NCBI GenBank assembly: GCA_038496445.1
Contig: JALMLS010000516.1
Span: forward strand, 372,001-436,000
DNA length: 64,000 bases
From: Trichosphaerium sp. ATCC 40318
Lineage: Eukaryota; Protista; Tubulinea
Direction: 5' to 3'
Program-made: the position numbers and the translations under genes
Shown here: piece by piece, positions 39,135-54,265 of the stretch
Layout of the letters: the number at the start of each line of letters is the position of its first letter
How positions within the stretch are numbered: position 1 is the first letter of the stretch
The notes under the pieces: model-generated
Database searches by the model: none
The model's input: the letters and a program-made list of their open reading frames with translations, nothing else
Told to the model about the DNA's origin: nothing

Positions 39135-41118
39135 TTAGGTGTTTTTCGGTTCCTCCTCGATAGACAGATTCAAAGCTGTCCGCGTGAGGCTTGCAAAGTT
39201 TTTCGCATAGTGGTGCGTCTTCTTTTTCTTTTGTTGCGATAAAAAGTCTATAATGCCAAATGAACAAATCACCGCCTTGCCACTACCTTCTTTCTTCACT
39301 GCAGATACATTTTTCCACGGTTGTTCGTGGACTTTTGAAGCATTTTTTATATTTTTTAGAGTTTGTGAGTGTTTGCGTTTGATCTTTGTGCATTGCTTTG
39401 AATTCAGTTTGGGGATACTTCGGCTTGATGATTCTACAAAAAATAACATGCCTGATCCTCGCCGTGAAAAGTCCGAGTCACTGGTGGACTGCTGAATTTT
39501 GTTTCCGCCTTGAGCATCGCTGCTCTTTAGCGCAATCATGAATGCATAATCGTCAATTTGGTTGTCGATTAGGAACTATCATTAAACGAGTTAGATGACA
39601 CTGTCTTAGATACAAAAAAAAGGGTGCACGTACCTGTGTATCGCTGTGCATTTGTTTCAGAAATTGATCACGCGCATCGCCGTCTGCTAAGTCTACAAGG
39701 CAGCCTGACACGTTTTTTGGTGTAACTGCACTGAACTTTGGTGATCCTTTGTCACTTGGTGTATTACAGGCTGTTGGCCAGTTGCTGTTATAAGGTAAAT
39801 TACTAAATGCTGGCCACGATTGCGACGCCTGTTAAGTAACCTCGTTAGAACAAATTGGCTTTTGTTGAATAATTGTTGCCCAGGAGTGGCAGGTTGTTGT
39901 GTAAAGTACCTTGAGAAAGTATAGATCGGAAATGTTTCCGTGCAATCTATTCTGAGTGACTATCAAGTATTTCTTGGTGGTAGACGTGGCGCCGTGTCTC
40001 CTCTTTAATTCGTAAAAACCAAGGATCTTTGTCAATAAAGCGTTTGGATGTAGTATTATGTGCTATACAAGAAGTGGCATTAGTACACACGTGACTGTGT
40101 CATTTGGCGAGAGTTGCGCACCTCATAGTATGGTACTAAAACGTTTAACAGAATTTTTCCTTGTGAAGGTTTGATCGTTTGCAGCACGTACTTTCCATTT
40201 TTGGAGAAGATAAACTTTGTGTGGTCCTTGGCACCGCCCAGCTTGTTAAACGTGCGTGCAGACCATTCTTCCTACACACCATTGGCACAGAAAAAAAAAA
40301 AAAAAAAAAAAGAAGCAAAAATGGCAAGCAATGATAATAATAGATCACAACTTCAAACGTACGAGAAAGTCGTGGTCATCTATCTGTGCCCGTTGTCTTA
40401 TGTGTCTAAACACTTTTGGTGCATGGTTGGTAACAGTTGAGCTCTTATCGTCCCCAGTTCTGGACAAATTGTAAGCTTGTGTAATTGGTTGGAAAAATCT
40501 GGAAGCATTTTTGCACACTTGTTTGTACTTACTTTGATATCTTGTAAATGCGCTTGTCCAGAAAATGATTGATATCTGGGCTTGACGATTCCTCATTATC
40601 CTCGCTGTTCATTTCATTGACAATCTGCAGATAAAGAAACGAGGGTAAGTGACTGTGGGTGTGCCATGTAATAAGGCCAAGTATACATAGTGTGTACTGC
40701 ATTGCGTACCGACGTGCGCAAGGCAAGGATGGCGTCTACTACTTTTTGTTCCAGGTCCGTGGTTGATATGGACGTGGCGCTTGCTACCCCAGGCTAAATC
40801 GCAAGTTACATTTAAGGTTGACACTAAAAAAATGTCTCAAACCTTTCTCAGACTGCTTTTTAGTGGTCGGCTTGGACTATCTAGCGGAGTTGACGCAGTA
40901 AGTGAATCAGTAGTGTCCATTTCAGCTTTTGTGTGCTGCGTTTGGATGGAATCAGTGTTGGCCTTTGACCCTGTTGAGCATGAATTCGAGTCTGAACTTG
41001 CAATTAATGCGTCAGGAGTCTTTTTTCTTCTCTTAGCATTGCTTGAAGCTCTTTGTTTCGGTTTTGATTTAGCGTGCAGTTGTTGGTCGGATGGGGGCAC
41101 ATCTGTGCGCGTTGTCAT
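39135..41118 (-). CDS. Divergent phosphatidylinositol-phosphate kinase (PIP5K)-like protein, probable pseudokinase
   Basis: FIFSKNGKYVLQTI, HPNALLTKILGFY, HSDTQFL...IDDYAFMI, FGIIDFL, HYAKNF; Ser-rich N-terminus. Confidence 0.7.
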
Positions 41119-41449
41119 ACAGTCCGCGCCTAGTTTGGGTTTGTACGAAAACACCGCAAAATATAAAATATAGGTAGTTCTAGAGCTCTCTAACTAAAAT
41201 ACGTTCATAACGCTCGCAAAAGTGAGGATTTTATTGAACAATTGACTTACTCATACACCGTTCGATCAGACGCGCGGAGTGTATTGCACCTCCATCAAAT
41301 GTCACGTTATGGGTTAGAGAAAAAAGTTGAAATTTCTCTTTAAGTTGCGCCTGCTCTAACTGTAATTTGTAACGCTTTTTTGTTTTAGACTGGTAGTTTG
41401 CATTGGCGTACTTGTAATAACAAGTTACACGCAAAGCGTGGCTAAAATC

Positions 41450-44400
41450 ATGAGTCTTGCTTTGTTTATTACAGGCTTGGTGCTCATGTTAATAACAGTC
41501 ATTGTTTCAGTGTTTCTGTGGGCATCAGTGCTCGGCTATATTACTTCTACGCTGTTACGGTGGCTGTGGGTTAAAAACGGACAATACATCAATATAAGTG
41601 CGTAGTATGTGGTATTCTATTGGTTTATGACGTATTAGGTGCTATCAGGCATGTAAATCGACAAATGACAATCCCTTTTTTTTTGTTTTGTAACGTTACG
41701 CCCTATCTGACACCTCGAAAGCTTGTCGCCTCTAGGTGGTACATTACAGTTCAGAGGACTTACGTATGCCACGCAAGATGCTATGTTGCGTGTAGTGGAT
41801 GGCTCGATAACTGTGCGTTGGTGGGTGCGTGAGGCAAGACTCAAATCAACTGTACGTGTGGTTAGCGTGTATGCTCGCTCATTGTTTTTTGTTTTCCCCA
41901 GTCTCGTTTTGCTGTGGCTCTCAATGGCGTAGAGTACTACATGTACAATGCAACGGGGAGGTATGCCGAGGTAAACGCCAAAGTCCGGCAAATGGGACGA
42001 GCTACCAAACCGACTAGAAACGCGGATGGTAACCACGGTTTAAAGCACGACGGCACGTTGGACACAGACACTGAAATAGAGCTGGATGCAACCCAAAGTT
42101 TACTGGACGAGGGTGATGATGGCACTGGTGCGCCTCTGCCTTCGAACTATGTAAGGCCGTGGTACATGACATTCGCACCTACAATTCATGTTATAGTGAA
42201 CAGCGGAGCGATTGTCATTGGAAATCCAGCTCTTCCAAACGTACTTCAAATCAAGTTCAAGAAAGCAAACGGTCGGTATGGCGTTAAGGATGCTACATAC
42301 CCAGTGCTGGATTACTACCAAACAACATACTCTTTTACGTTGGAAAAGGCAGCCATCCGTTGTTATCCCAACTTGGACGCTGCACAGCTTCGATCCGCTT
42401 CTCAATACACGCTAACAACGGCTGTTGATGCCAGTGCTGTATGGCAATCCTTCAAACTGATTTACAAAGATCTCAAATTTCAATTTTTGGATTGGAGTCC
42501 GGACATACTCGATCAAGAACCCAACATTGAGCAACCTCGTGACCATGAGGAATATGCAACTGATCCACACTTCCTAGACTGTCCACGGCTCCAAATAGTG
42601 GCTGCATTCGACAACCCAGGCCCACAACAGCAGTCTCACAAGTACGATCCTACGACAGCTCCACTGTGGCACGTCAACATTGAGAGTGCTGCAGACACAA
42701 CTATAATTTATGGTCCGTGGGCTGATAGACAACGTTCCATGATTACAAAATTCTTCTTCCCGCCGACGTGGTCGTCTAAGGCGCCATATAAGTTCAAATC
42801 AGGTGCACCCAGACCGTTTGCAACCTATCACTTCAAATGGTACGTATGTGTCAAATCAGTTGAAATGAAAATCCAAGATTGAATGATTGAGGTACCCCTG
42901 GTAATATTAAAAATTCTTTTTTTACTGTAGGACATTTCGCGTTGGCACTGATTTATGTTTAACCATGCCTTTTCGGCAGGCTTTAGAAGACGCTTTTACT
43001 GAAGAACACGTTGGGACTTTAACGCTAAAGCTGAAGGAACCAAAGCTTCAGTATTTTCAAGTATGGCTTTTTATCGTGTGTAATCACCACAGTCAGCACT
43101 GCATTGTATTCGCGTATTGCCGGTTATTAATGCCATCTTTAGGAATTGGAGGCAATGGATGCTGCTCCGTTGAACACTAAAATCAGTTTGGAGTCGCAAG
43201 AGGCATCTATATCTTCATCTGCAGGCGACTTCGTCTTTGGGACCGCAAAAAAGTTTAAGGTGCCAGCATCATTTTAACTTAGATTGCAAGCGTACTAACA
43301 CTCAAAAAAGTTTGCGTGGTCGATGGTGTCTCCGTTAGTATGGAATCATGTCCATGAATGGACTTTTAATGTCAAGTATGCTTTACTAATTTTTGTCACG
43401 TGTATTGAACGCCCAGTCTCGCTTTTCTGCACTGCTCATTTTTTTTGCATTGTAGGTTGATGAGCGCTACCTTGACACCCCTCGCAGATCATACAGCCCT
43501 GATATCCGATTTATTGAGTGATTGGTTTGTTGGCGACGCTACGGAGTTGTCAAAATTTGTGCCAGTCGTATACAAGTTCAACTTTAGTCTCTTGAAGGGT
43601 TGCTCTGTTTATCTAAATGTAAATGATGAGAACATTATTGACGACCACTTGGTATCATCCAAGAAGAATGGTTAGTGTTTTTGGTTGTGGTAATTGAGAA
43701 TTATAACTTTTTGTGTGTAGACTACCTCCTGCTTCAAACCAACAAAATAAGCGTTCAATTGTCCATGGATTCTACAGCCTATCGACCAACTCAAAAATTT
43801 GTACAGTTCTCTTTAAAGGTAAGCGTTGCATGTGTCTTCAACGCGCTAAGCTGGTCGTTCTGTAGCAAGCTGGTTTCAAGGTGAACACGTTGTTTTCGCA
43901 GTCCAGCCTCATACACTCGCATATTCATCAAGATCACCAACTCTATGGTGTTCCGTTCGTAGAGTGCGATGCCAAAGGCATAGTAAGCGGTGTATACAAT
44001 TACTTTTCTCAAGGCACGAGTTTTTGCTTTTTGGTTGAAAATCAGTCTCTAATAATATGCACAGTTGATGTACAAAATGTAAATACAATGGGTAAGTACG
44101 CTCACGTGTACACAAACTTTTAGGTGATTTTTTTTAACCTGTTGCACTACAGATTTAGATGTGACAGCAAGCAAAGTGTCAATTACACTTTTCGGCTTTG
44201 TCCTTCCTGCTCTAATGAATTTGTGGCAAAACTATTTTGGATCACACAAGAGGTTCCTCAGCATGGATGATTGGCGCAATGGCAAACCCCGACCTACCCC
44301 TCCAAGTAGCCCATCTAACAACTTCGAGCTGAATTTAGCACTTGATATTGATGAGCCGTCTGTGGTGTTGCCAGAGCGTCTATATTCGATGGAAACAGTT

Positions 44401-47400
44401 GGCGTGCTCCGAAGCAATGCAGTTAAAGTCAGCATACGAAGCGCACTACACTATTTGAGAACGCACAGCTGTTTTAACATTTGCTTTAATGCTAACCCAT
44501 ATTTTAGGATTGTCGGTTGCGAGTGCACCAATACGCGCTACACTACCAGGTTGTGGGACTGTATCTGGATGGTTTGACGTTACCAAATCATTTTTGCTTG
44601 TTAATGGTGAGTAGAAAAATACAGTACCCCCTGTTACTGTGTGAGGGTTTTTTTATTTCACTAATGTGCCACTGTAGATACACGTTTTGAGATGAACTGG
44701 TTGTACGGTCCTTCTGGCGAAAATTATAAAGAGGAGTACCTCATTGCAGTTGGCGCTGGCGAGGGTCACATAGTTCTACCGCAACTTACATTTGTATTAA
44801 ACTGGGCAACGCACTTTTTTCATCATTTCTTTAATGAAGACAGCTTGATTACTTCACCCAACGATGATGAAGAGGATCTATTCTACCGCATCATTGAGGT
44901 CCGATTGAACGCAATTTCGCTCAATATATGGGGGCAAGAGTCCTTGATAAACGTTTGTATTGGCGATGGATTGAAGCTAGTCTACGATGGATTGCACGAC
45001 CAGAACCTATACAATGAAAAACTCTCTTTTTGGCTTCCAGGTGCGTTATAAACCCACCCAGTAGTAATTAATCTCAAAGCCTTGGCTAATACCTATTGAT
45101 TTGTCAGACGTTGACGCGAAAGTACTACTCCCTTCTAAATTAGTGGCTACACAGGAAGCTCAAGAAAACTTGCGGATACCATCACAAAAGGTAACATACA
45201 GAATGTGTGCAAACACAACCAATAACACATTTTTCTTTTTTTTTAGCGTTTGGGATCGGAATGGATTAAGATAGGTGGCGTTAGTGTAAAGAAGCTACAG
45301 TTGTTTTATTATTTCAAACGACCAGGCTTAAAAGCAAAGGCGAAAAAGCAATGGGATTTTCTTAAACAGGAAGACGCTGACACGAAGCGAATACCTTTCC
45401 TGTGGGATGGCACGTGCACCATTTCGAACAGTACACGTGATAACTTTTCAGTATAGAGTCAATGACACGCGACCAATCTTTGCACTTCACCAGAGCGTCT
45501 AGTTTCACCCACTATGTCCAACCTAATGTCCCACAGTCCGCTCAGACTAATGCCCCCAGTGTTCATGACATTGAGCTTTCATTGACCCGCTTAAACATAC
45601 CATATAATGTGTACGTTGTCTTACTTGGCTCTACGTATGCTTACTATATTTTTAATGTGTAGACATAGCACAGATGAACGAGGTGATATTGGAAGCAACC
45701 ACTTGTCAGCAACCATCAACAAGCAAAATTCGTCTGATGAAAGGTCACTCCTCTTGTAGTACCTGGTGTTGTTAACATATTTTTTTTTTTTAGATCGGAG
45801 AGTGATTCGTCATCTTACGCAACACCCAGATCTACATTTTCGTTTATATCAACTGCGCTCGATTCTGATAACGAGCTTCTCTCAGATGATATGATAAACA
45901 GCAAACCATTCACATTGCCACATCTCCGTACGTTTTGTTTTGGTTTGTTAGTAGAGCAAGGATGGTGTTCTAGATCTACCTTTTTTTTTGACATACTTTT
46001 TAGGCAAAGTATTTACGCCCATTTATATGACTGCTTACTAAAACTCCGTGCGTTACTAAATGATCTAAGTGAAAGGTATCTTACATTTCGACTCAGTAGG
46101 TTACGCCCATTGGACCGTTGCCTCAAATTTCGAGTCTAGATCAGTTCGAATTGCGCAATGATAGAGAAGTCAACATTGGCATACCTAAGAGTTTCAAACG
46201 GTTTGCACACCCTCCTTTTGTTAAGATCCACACTGCGACAGCTACTGGGGCTGCATTCGATGAGTCTCAAGGAGACAAACCAGTTTCACCTTCAGCGCGG
46301 ACGCGCAAACCGCGCACCAAGAGCACTAATCCAACCACTGAAGCAACAACAAATAACAAGCAAGGGACTCTTGTAGTTACAATTGGACAAGTTGTCGGTG
46401 TGGAGCTAACGAATTGGTGTGTGTGGGCATTTCGCTTGCAACTTATATCCTTCTACGAGCGTCACAATTCCGTTGAATCGTTACTGGATGCGCTACAGCT
46501 GCGAACAATTGCAAACAAACTAGAGTCTTACAAATGGCCTTATTCCACGCTTAAAATGGATGTAATAGTGCCTGGTACTGAAGTGCTAAATGGATGGTCT
46601 TGTTTATTCAATTTAGGCGTTAACATCACCCTTAAGCACCCTTCGAAAACTCCTATTCACGTGCTAGTTGCCACACTCTCCATAGGCCACACGCGAATAA
46701 AATTAATAGATACAGGTAGGCATCATCTTTTATCGCAGCACAAAAAATGCAGTGAATTGCGCATACGTGTGATAACACGTGTTAGATAAACATTTTCCAC
46801 CACCTACATTCAAAGATGCGAAGGATAAGCAAACGCTATTTAACGGCGGTGTTGGAGGAGCCACAACGCAGCGCGACTCTATCGATGTCCATCTAGAAGT
46901 GTCAGGCGCCAAGTTTTCGATTCATAGAGCATCGTTAGAATCTACAACTAGCTGCGCTTTGGTTACCCTCGCAGCCAACACGTCCTTTTTGAAGATATCA
47001 GGTCGATCACTTGCTAGAGCATCTACAGCCATAGCAAAATCTTCAAAGCCAGCACAATTAGCTGTCAATGGTTTCGTAGGAAAAGTTACAAGCATGATTG
47101 GGCAGGATCTAGACTTGGGCATAGTCGAAATGGCCTTTAACTTAGTAGCGAACACCAAATTACTATTTGCTGTGCGTCTTTACCTATTAAATTAACAAAC
47201 AAGGCGATGCACCACGTTAACGCTAGTGTGACAGGACATAGACGAGTTTTCATACCTAAGCACATGTGAGGCTCAGATTGTTGTCGCTTCCTTGCTCCAG
47301 GCTGTAGCCAACTACCCGGCGGATAAAGTATTTCTTAGTGACGTGCAAACTTCATACATTCAGGATGTGGAACTACACACTGATATTATTGGAGAACGCG

Positions 47401-50400
47401 GTACGCACACCACGAGATCTTTTTCTCTGTTTTTATTTTTGGTACTGACAATCGAGATCAGCATTGTTGCTCAGATGTTCTTGGCATCCGATCAGCCGTT
47501 TGAGGCATTATTTAAAAGCTGTACCTTCGATAAGGGAGCATCTGGAGAGTAAAGTTCTGCTAGAACCGGATACTTACAAGCTATCACCTGCTGAACGCTG
47601 GAAAAACTTGCGAAGAGCTGTGCGTCACGCACCTAGACGTGACCTTGTAAGGGATATGTTAGATAGGTACGATGGTGCTAGCATTGTTCTGTTTAATTGA
47701 CTTTTATATTCTAGCCTGCCGATCAAGGCTGTATTTGTGCACAACGAAGAAAAATCTCGATCAAACTCACATTTCAATATCCGATTGCATGTTGAGCCGC
47801 TAACGTTCCGCATAGCTTGCAAAATATCTGAGCAACCCAACGTACCTTCCAAACTATGACATTGTCGCTAGTCTTGCTTATACATTATGAATAGATTAGC
47901 GTTGGACAACTAGACTTGCGGTGCTTGGTAACAACGCACCTGAAACACACTTTCGCTGGCGTAAACTTTAGGTCGCTGAAGAAGCGTACTTTAGACAATA
48001 CGTATTCACTCATATGCATAACTGCGGAGGGCAAGTGGGGAGGCGTGTGGTGTGTAGCCACTACCCAAGCGGTGTCTCTGTTGAACGGAGCGCTTCAGAG
48101 ATTTAATGATTTGTCTGACGACGAAATTGTTCATGTCCACTTGAGACCACCTTCTCAGCCATTGCAAGAAACACCTCCGCTGTCACCTGCACTTGCAAGA
48201 AAACCAATGATAAAGTCCATCACAAAATTCGACGTGCGGAAAATATTTACCCTTTTTTGTTGTTGTCAGTCAACACTTTTTGTAATAACATCACCATTAT
48301 AGTTAAAGGATTGGGCAGGAAAATCAAAAATTATAGCGCTCTCGCGCCAGTCAAAACGTCCAGAACCAACTGACATACAGCTGCGCCTGCGGTTTTTAGC
48401 AGGTTCGGACCGATTTACATTTTCTTTTTTTTAATTCAATAGGTTCTGTTTTCGCTGTTAACAAAAATTACTGCTAGGCAAGGTAGGCGTTGTAGTTGAC
48501 GGAGGCACTCTAAAAAGTAATGATGGCGTACGTTATTGTAGAGTCGATACCAATTATCTTATGTGTCTTATTTAAGCGGTGCAATGCTACTTTTAAAATA
48601 CCAAGCATGGCCATCACGTTAACAGATGTTGCATCAAAGGACAAAAAAAATTCTCGTGCATACTCTGGAGTTATCTCTCTACCCTTTTTTGCTCTAGAGT
48701 TGGCGTTGTATGACTCAGTAGGCACAGCCACAATACCTGTAGGCCTGCGTGTAAAAAATTCAGGGTTAAGTGTCGTTTGCGAGACTAACGAGGCATCTCT
48801 GTCGTCGCTTCCACTTACTTTGTCAGCATTTCTTCATGTGGTCAGTAGTAACGTGATTCTCGATATTCCAAACAATGCCACCAAGATTTCTCAGTTTTTA
48901 GAAGTACGCTCTGTTTTAATACAGCCATACAGCTAAAGCTAAACTGCTAACAACTTATTTCACAGCTTTGGGCTGAATTATTGCGTGACATGCCATCCAG
49001 TCGTACGGTTTTCTATGTGTGGCTCCCCACTAACATTCTAAAGGCAAAAAAGTGGCTAAGCCCGTCGTGCACCCTCCTAAAGACAAAGCTGGTCATCCCA
49101 ATCACAGCAAGGCATTCGTATCACCTTCAAAATACATTACATCCGCCAGTGTTACAATCATATTTGACAATCTTCGTGCAGATGTACCACACAAGGACAG
49201 GAGACTGTCATATGCTCAGCCTCAAGTAACTCTGTTCGCAAATTCGAAATGTACAGAGGATAATGCGATAGTCACGAGTGTATCGGTTGGCGTTCGAGAT
49301 CACAGCATTAATGTTATGAGGACCGATGCTGCACGCCAAGTAGTGAGTCGCTTTGGATTACCGTACATCTTTGCCTTCTCCAAAATAAGTGTAACAGACC
49401 TGGGGTCAGATACGTTTTCTGCTGCTAATGTAGCCCTTGACGCAACTCTCGAAGTTGGTTACACGCATAATGTGATGCGAACTGATGTGGTTCGAAGCAT
49501 TGTACACTTTGCGGTAAGAATAACAGTAACGTTTTAACGGTTTTACTGACTACATACTATCAGTCACAAGTTATGGATCCTATAACCCTCTTGGTCAGCA
49601 CTGTAGACAATGTCTTTGTGCAGGCCCAAACATCATCGTCGGCTGATGCTAATCATGTTGCGGAAAAGCCAGTGAGTGCCATGGAACCAATTCGGTATCA
49701 TGTTCAAGCGCGCTGGGGCGGATGCGAAATCCGTGCCGACAACCCACACGCCTCCTTGATATTTTATTCTGGCTACGGCCAGCTCACTTGCGACTCTGAT
49801 AGCAATGGTGACATGAAGTTCAAAACCAATGTACAAGGCATAACTTTGTTGCTGGTGCCATTGGATAGCCCCATCAGGTACGAGCGAGAAGCTGATTTTT
49901 GATGATGTGGTTTTGTTTTTTATTGTTGTACATAATTTATGTTACTTAGAATTCTGGGTGGGGACGCCAAAATCAAGCTTGGAAGTTCTTTTGTGAGAAT
50001 GTTACAAACCCAAAAGAGGAAAACAGGCCGTGTGTGGGTCGGCATCGCTACATCAGCGCTGTTGCAAACATATCCTGATCAGTACTTTGACATTCCATTT
50101 GATGAAGAAGCCAAAGCAGTAAGTGGTTCACTTGTTGGTACAAATTTATTCACTCACTTCCTTAGATTGGCGGTTTTGATTCCCTATGGATTGGAGTGCC
50201 TAAGACGACGGTATTGCTCGAACCTTGGGCTGTGGATAAATTTGTACAAATGTGGGTTTACTACATAAAACTATTTAACAATTTCAAGACAAAACAGAAG
50301 ATAAAACGGTACCTACAGATACAACAACTCTCCTGTTTTTTGGGTCTCATACATAGTAGGGTAGAATTACCAAAGAAGGATTACTTGAAATCAGTGAGAA

Positions 50401-53400
50401 GGGGCGAGAAGAGCGTCTTTGTAAAAATCTACAATACATCTTTGAGTGTCCCAAGCAATGCAAACCACCCTCTATTCATGAAGGCAAAGCAAAGCGGTGT
50501 TGATGTTGATGGATCGCTTCTTATAACCCTACGCGAATTTACGTTATCGGGCACACTACTACCGACAAAGTACAAACACAAAGCGAACAAAAAAGAGTAC
50601 GCACACCTTTACAGCTGTACACTCACCTATTTTTCTGTCCAGCGAGTCATTTGGGAAAATGATACGGTTGATAGCAAAGGCATCTTTTGAAGAAGCTAGC
50701 TTGTGTTTTAAGCCTTTGCCCACTGGTGCAAGTTTGTACGATCCAGAATGCTTTCGCCCTCAACGTATAGATTCTGTTTCAATTCACAGCGGTGCGTTCT
50801 CTGATCCTTACCTGGCCAATGAATGCCCTTTTCTCATTTTTTGTGTTTCTCTAGGAGAGTGTGCTTTAGCATGGAAGTCGTTTGGTACCTCGTCGTCTAG
50901 TGCAGTTATAGAAATTCAGACAGCTGGCGCACTTTTTCACTTGTCACCTCGCCTCCCTACCCACATTTCACTCCTACATCGTGGTTTTGTCCTAAGTCAA
51001 GGCAAGTTGCTGTCTCCAGCATTCGTAACAATTACATTTGTAACAATTGTGTTTAGAGGTGTGGATTGGCCTGCTTGAAGATATTGCAAAGGAAGAAGAA
51101 AAGAAGAAAAAACTCAAAGTACAAAAATTCCCTGGATTAGCAAAGCAGACAAGTGCGATCTCTACGGCTCTAGGTTTTGCGAATGAAACGAGTAAAGGGG
51201 ATGCAAAGTCCCCGTTCCACGTTCAAGTTACAGTGCGTACCCTGGCTGGCCATTGTACGTTGCATAAAGTGCCGACAAAGATGCACAAAAAGAAAGTATC
51301 CGACAACGAGCACATGGAAGATGTACGTCATTCCAGCAATTAAATACTGGCACCAAGTAATATTCGTTTAGGATTCCGAGCTTGAAACTTTTGCTTTCCC
51401 AGCCTGTGATGTCCGATTCGAATCGACGTTGGATCCATTGAAAGGCGCACAAAGAGCCTTATTTATAACTTTGCTGCGCTCCACTATGAAAATAGGCAAG
51501 CCTACGCTTTTTTTTCTTTTTTTTTGTTTCCTAAATTTCTCTCTCATAACATGATTTCACTACAGGTCCCGATGTTGCAAGATATCTTGGTGACGCAACA
51601 GCTGATTACCTTGTATTTATTAACGCATTTCCCATGTACATACCTGACGCCAAGAAATCAAAAAAAGAAAACGTTGCAGCTGCCGTAAAACCAGAGAAAC
51701 AACCTGACAATACCGCTGGCAACGACTTGACAGGCACGTCTTTAAAATAAAAAAAGAAGAGGGTTCTGGCTAACTGTAGATACCATCAGACTACACCACC
51801 ATTGTATTTAAAATTGAAGAGATGAAATTAGAAATACACTGCGCTCCTTACACGGAAACATTGATTATTGGGCTCATAGAAGATGCACATGTTTTCATGT
51901 CCTCAGATCTTGTTGTCACATCCTCACGACGTGCCTTGTTAAATAATTTCACTTTCAAGATTCCCAACCTGAGCCTGGAAGCACACCAGCCTCTCCTACT
52001 TACGAAGCGCAATTTGGACACGAATAGAAACGGCTCGTTTTTCAAACTTGAGACTCAACTGCAAGGCAACATTGGCCGGTGTTTGGGTTTATCACGAAAG
52101 GAGGACCTTGCTATTACTTGCGCACTAAACATAAATCACGTGGAGGCATTCTTACTAATGCAGTGTATGGACGAGGTGTTTTTAATCATGGATGTGTGGC
52201 GCTCCGCCTATCAACACGCCGACTACTTCTCTCAAATCCAGAGTTCTTTGCTTCCAGACGACAACGACAGCTCCCCTAGACGAGAACAAACGCACAACAC
52301 CACCACCAAGCGAAAAGCAGACGTTTCAATTTTGATAAACGCGTTTATAAAGCAAATAGAGTGTTCCATTGACATGGGCACTTCCATTGCTACAGCGTAC
52401 GTATCAATCCAAAATGTGCTCACCCGGTACACGAACCCAGTGAGTCGTCGCAGTCTGCCAGTGCATCATCAAGGGCTAATCACTCGACCATTCTATCTCC
52501 TCTTTTCAGTTGGAAAAACGCAGGTTGCTTCTGCTGGCGTTTTGATTGTTGCGGGCAAGTGTCAGCACGCTGTCATTGAAGGGAAGCGGTTTTGGTCAGA
52601 TACTAGCGAGCAAGTACGTCCCATGTACTTGTCTACAATCGTCTATTACAACCCCCCCTAATGAAGATAACGCTAACAAACACATCATTGCAGATGGTAA
52701 ACAGATGGGCGGCAGACCTCGCTCCGTTCACGTTGGATTTAAGTAGGGGCTCATCTGAAATTTTGCGCGCAAAGGCCGGAGCGCTAACTTGCAAGTTTGC
52801 AGACAATCAAACCCTGAGTGCGTTGGACTGTTGTCCACCTAAACAAGTATTTTTAACGCACAATTTAGAATTGGTGTACGTTTCAGCGAGTTCGTCTGGA
52901 TTGGCCGTGCAGCTATCTTCTGAGGCGATATCATTTCCTATTACAATAGCACAAAGATTTCTAGCAATGGTTAAAAACAGCCAGGCAAAGGCTAAAGAGG
53001 TTCTACAAGAATCTCAGATCTATGTTAAAACGCGCGAAATGCAGCAAAAGGAGAATACAAAGTTGCACATGCGCCTTAAAAATTTACCACAGCCTACAGC
53101 ACCTAAAAAACCCAAGAAACAGATAACTCCTGCGGGTGATATTAGCTTGAGTGGCCGAGATATTTCAGTACGTGGCTATACTTGCTGCATTTCCATTGAT
53201 TTGTTGGTATTTTTAGGTAAGCTTATTTGGGCACAGTTTGAAAGATCCATCGTGGGTTCACTTCCATACACTGCAGTATGAGGTTGTGTTGAAGCAGCGA
53301 CTTCAACTAGAAAACCTTACACAGCAAGCTATCACACGAGAACTCACCATCATCATTGTAAATAGTGCCATTTCAAAGATGGTATGACATCAAAGTCAAG

Positions 53401-54155
53401 TAATTGCATGACCACCGTACTTACCCAAATCCAGCAAGAACGAACTCTTACAACAGAGAATGGCGACCCATGGGATCGAGCAACAAACTCAACTGCTCAG
53501 TCTATATGCACAATACCTCCTGCACACCTTGTGTTATGCACTGTGCAGCCAGGTATGGGTTTTTTAGTTAGTAGTGTTTTCCACTAAGTGTTTGCTAGTT
53601 GCAAGCAAGAACGCTACAATACAGCTTTTTTTTGTTACAAAGTTTCAAGGCCCCATACGTGTAACTTTAAAGGTTGGTTTGTATACATACTTGCGAGAGA
53701 TTGCTGCCATTTATATGACACACTATACAAATCACAAGGCAGTACATTCATCACCAAATCAAAAAGAAAGTGCCAACAAATATGCCAACCTCAAACTCAA
53801 AGTTGATGGTGTTGTATCATCTGCACAAGACAAAATTAGTGCTGATATACCAGACATTTCTACAACACCAACAGAGGATAGAGTCATTGCAACCAAATCA
53901 GGAGATAAAGAGTTTATTCTGAAAAAAGTAAGTGACTCAAACAGTAATAGTAAGCTATGTTTTTTACATTTTGTATAGTTTGAGTTTCATCCCGCCTTGG
54001 ATGTCTTGGGGGACTTTACTCCTAAATTGTCAACAGTTTTGTATTGGGTGGGTATTAAAGACTCAGAAAAAACAATACCAGTAGCCACAAATGCATTGGT
54101 AGATGCCTTTGAACTATTGTTGGCAGCACTTGTACAAATATGTTTTGAAGAATAA
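41450..54155 (+). CDS. BLTP1: Bridge-like lipid transfer protein BLTP1 (KIAA1109/Csf1/Tweek) homologue
   Basis: N-terminal TM; SLSPLGGTLQFRGLTY..VVDGSITVRWW, LNGVEYYMYN, GAIVIGN, IIYGPWADRQR..FFFPP, LWQNYFG; C-terminal FHPALDVLGDFTP..VLYWVGIK. Confidence 0.88.
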
Positions 54156-54233
54156 TAAATATGTAAATTAATAATAATCACATATGAGTATAATACAAGC
54201 TCCTCATGGAACCTGAAGAATTAGTCTGGGAGA

Positions 54234-54265
54234 TATTTTGACCCCACCCAAGGTATTTTGACCCC
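54234..54265. repeat. Two copies of TATTTTGACCCC
   Basis: Direct copies at 54234 and 54254; reverse complement of the GGGTCAAAA motif in the 54848-54940 repeat. Confidence 0.6.

Noticed and set aside
40290-40312. Long poly-A/T tracts as retroposon tails
   Set aside because: They are intronic polypyrimidine tracts without target-site duplications; homopolymer length may also be an assembly artefact
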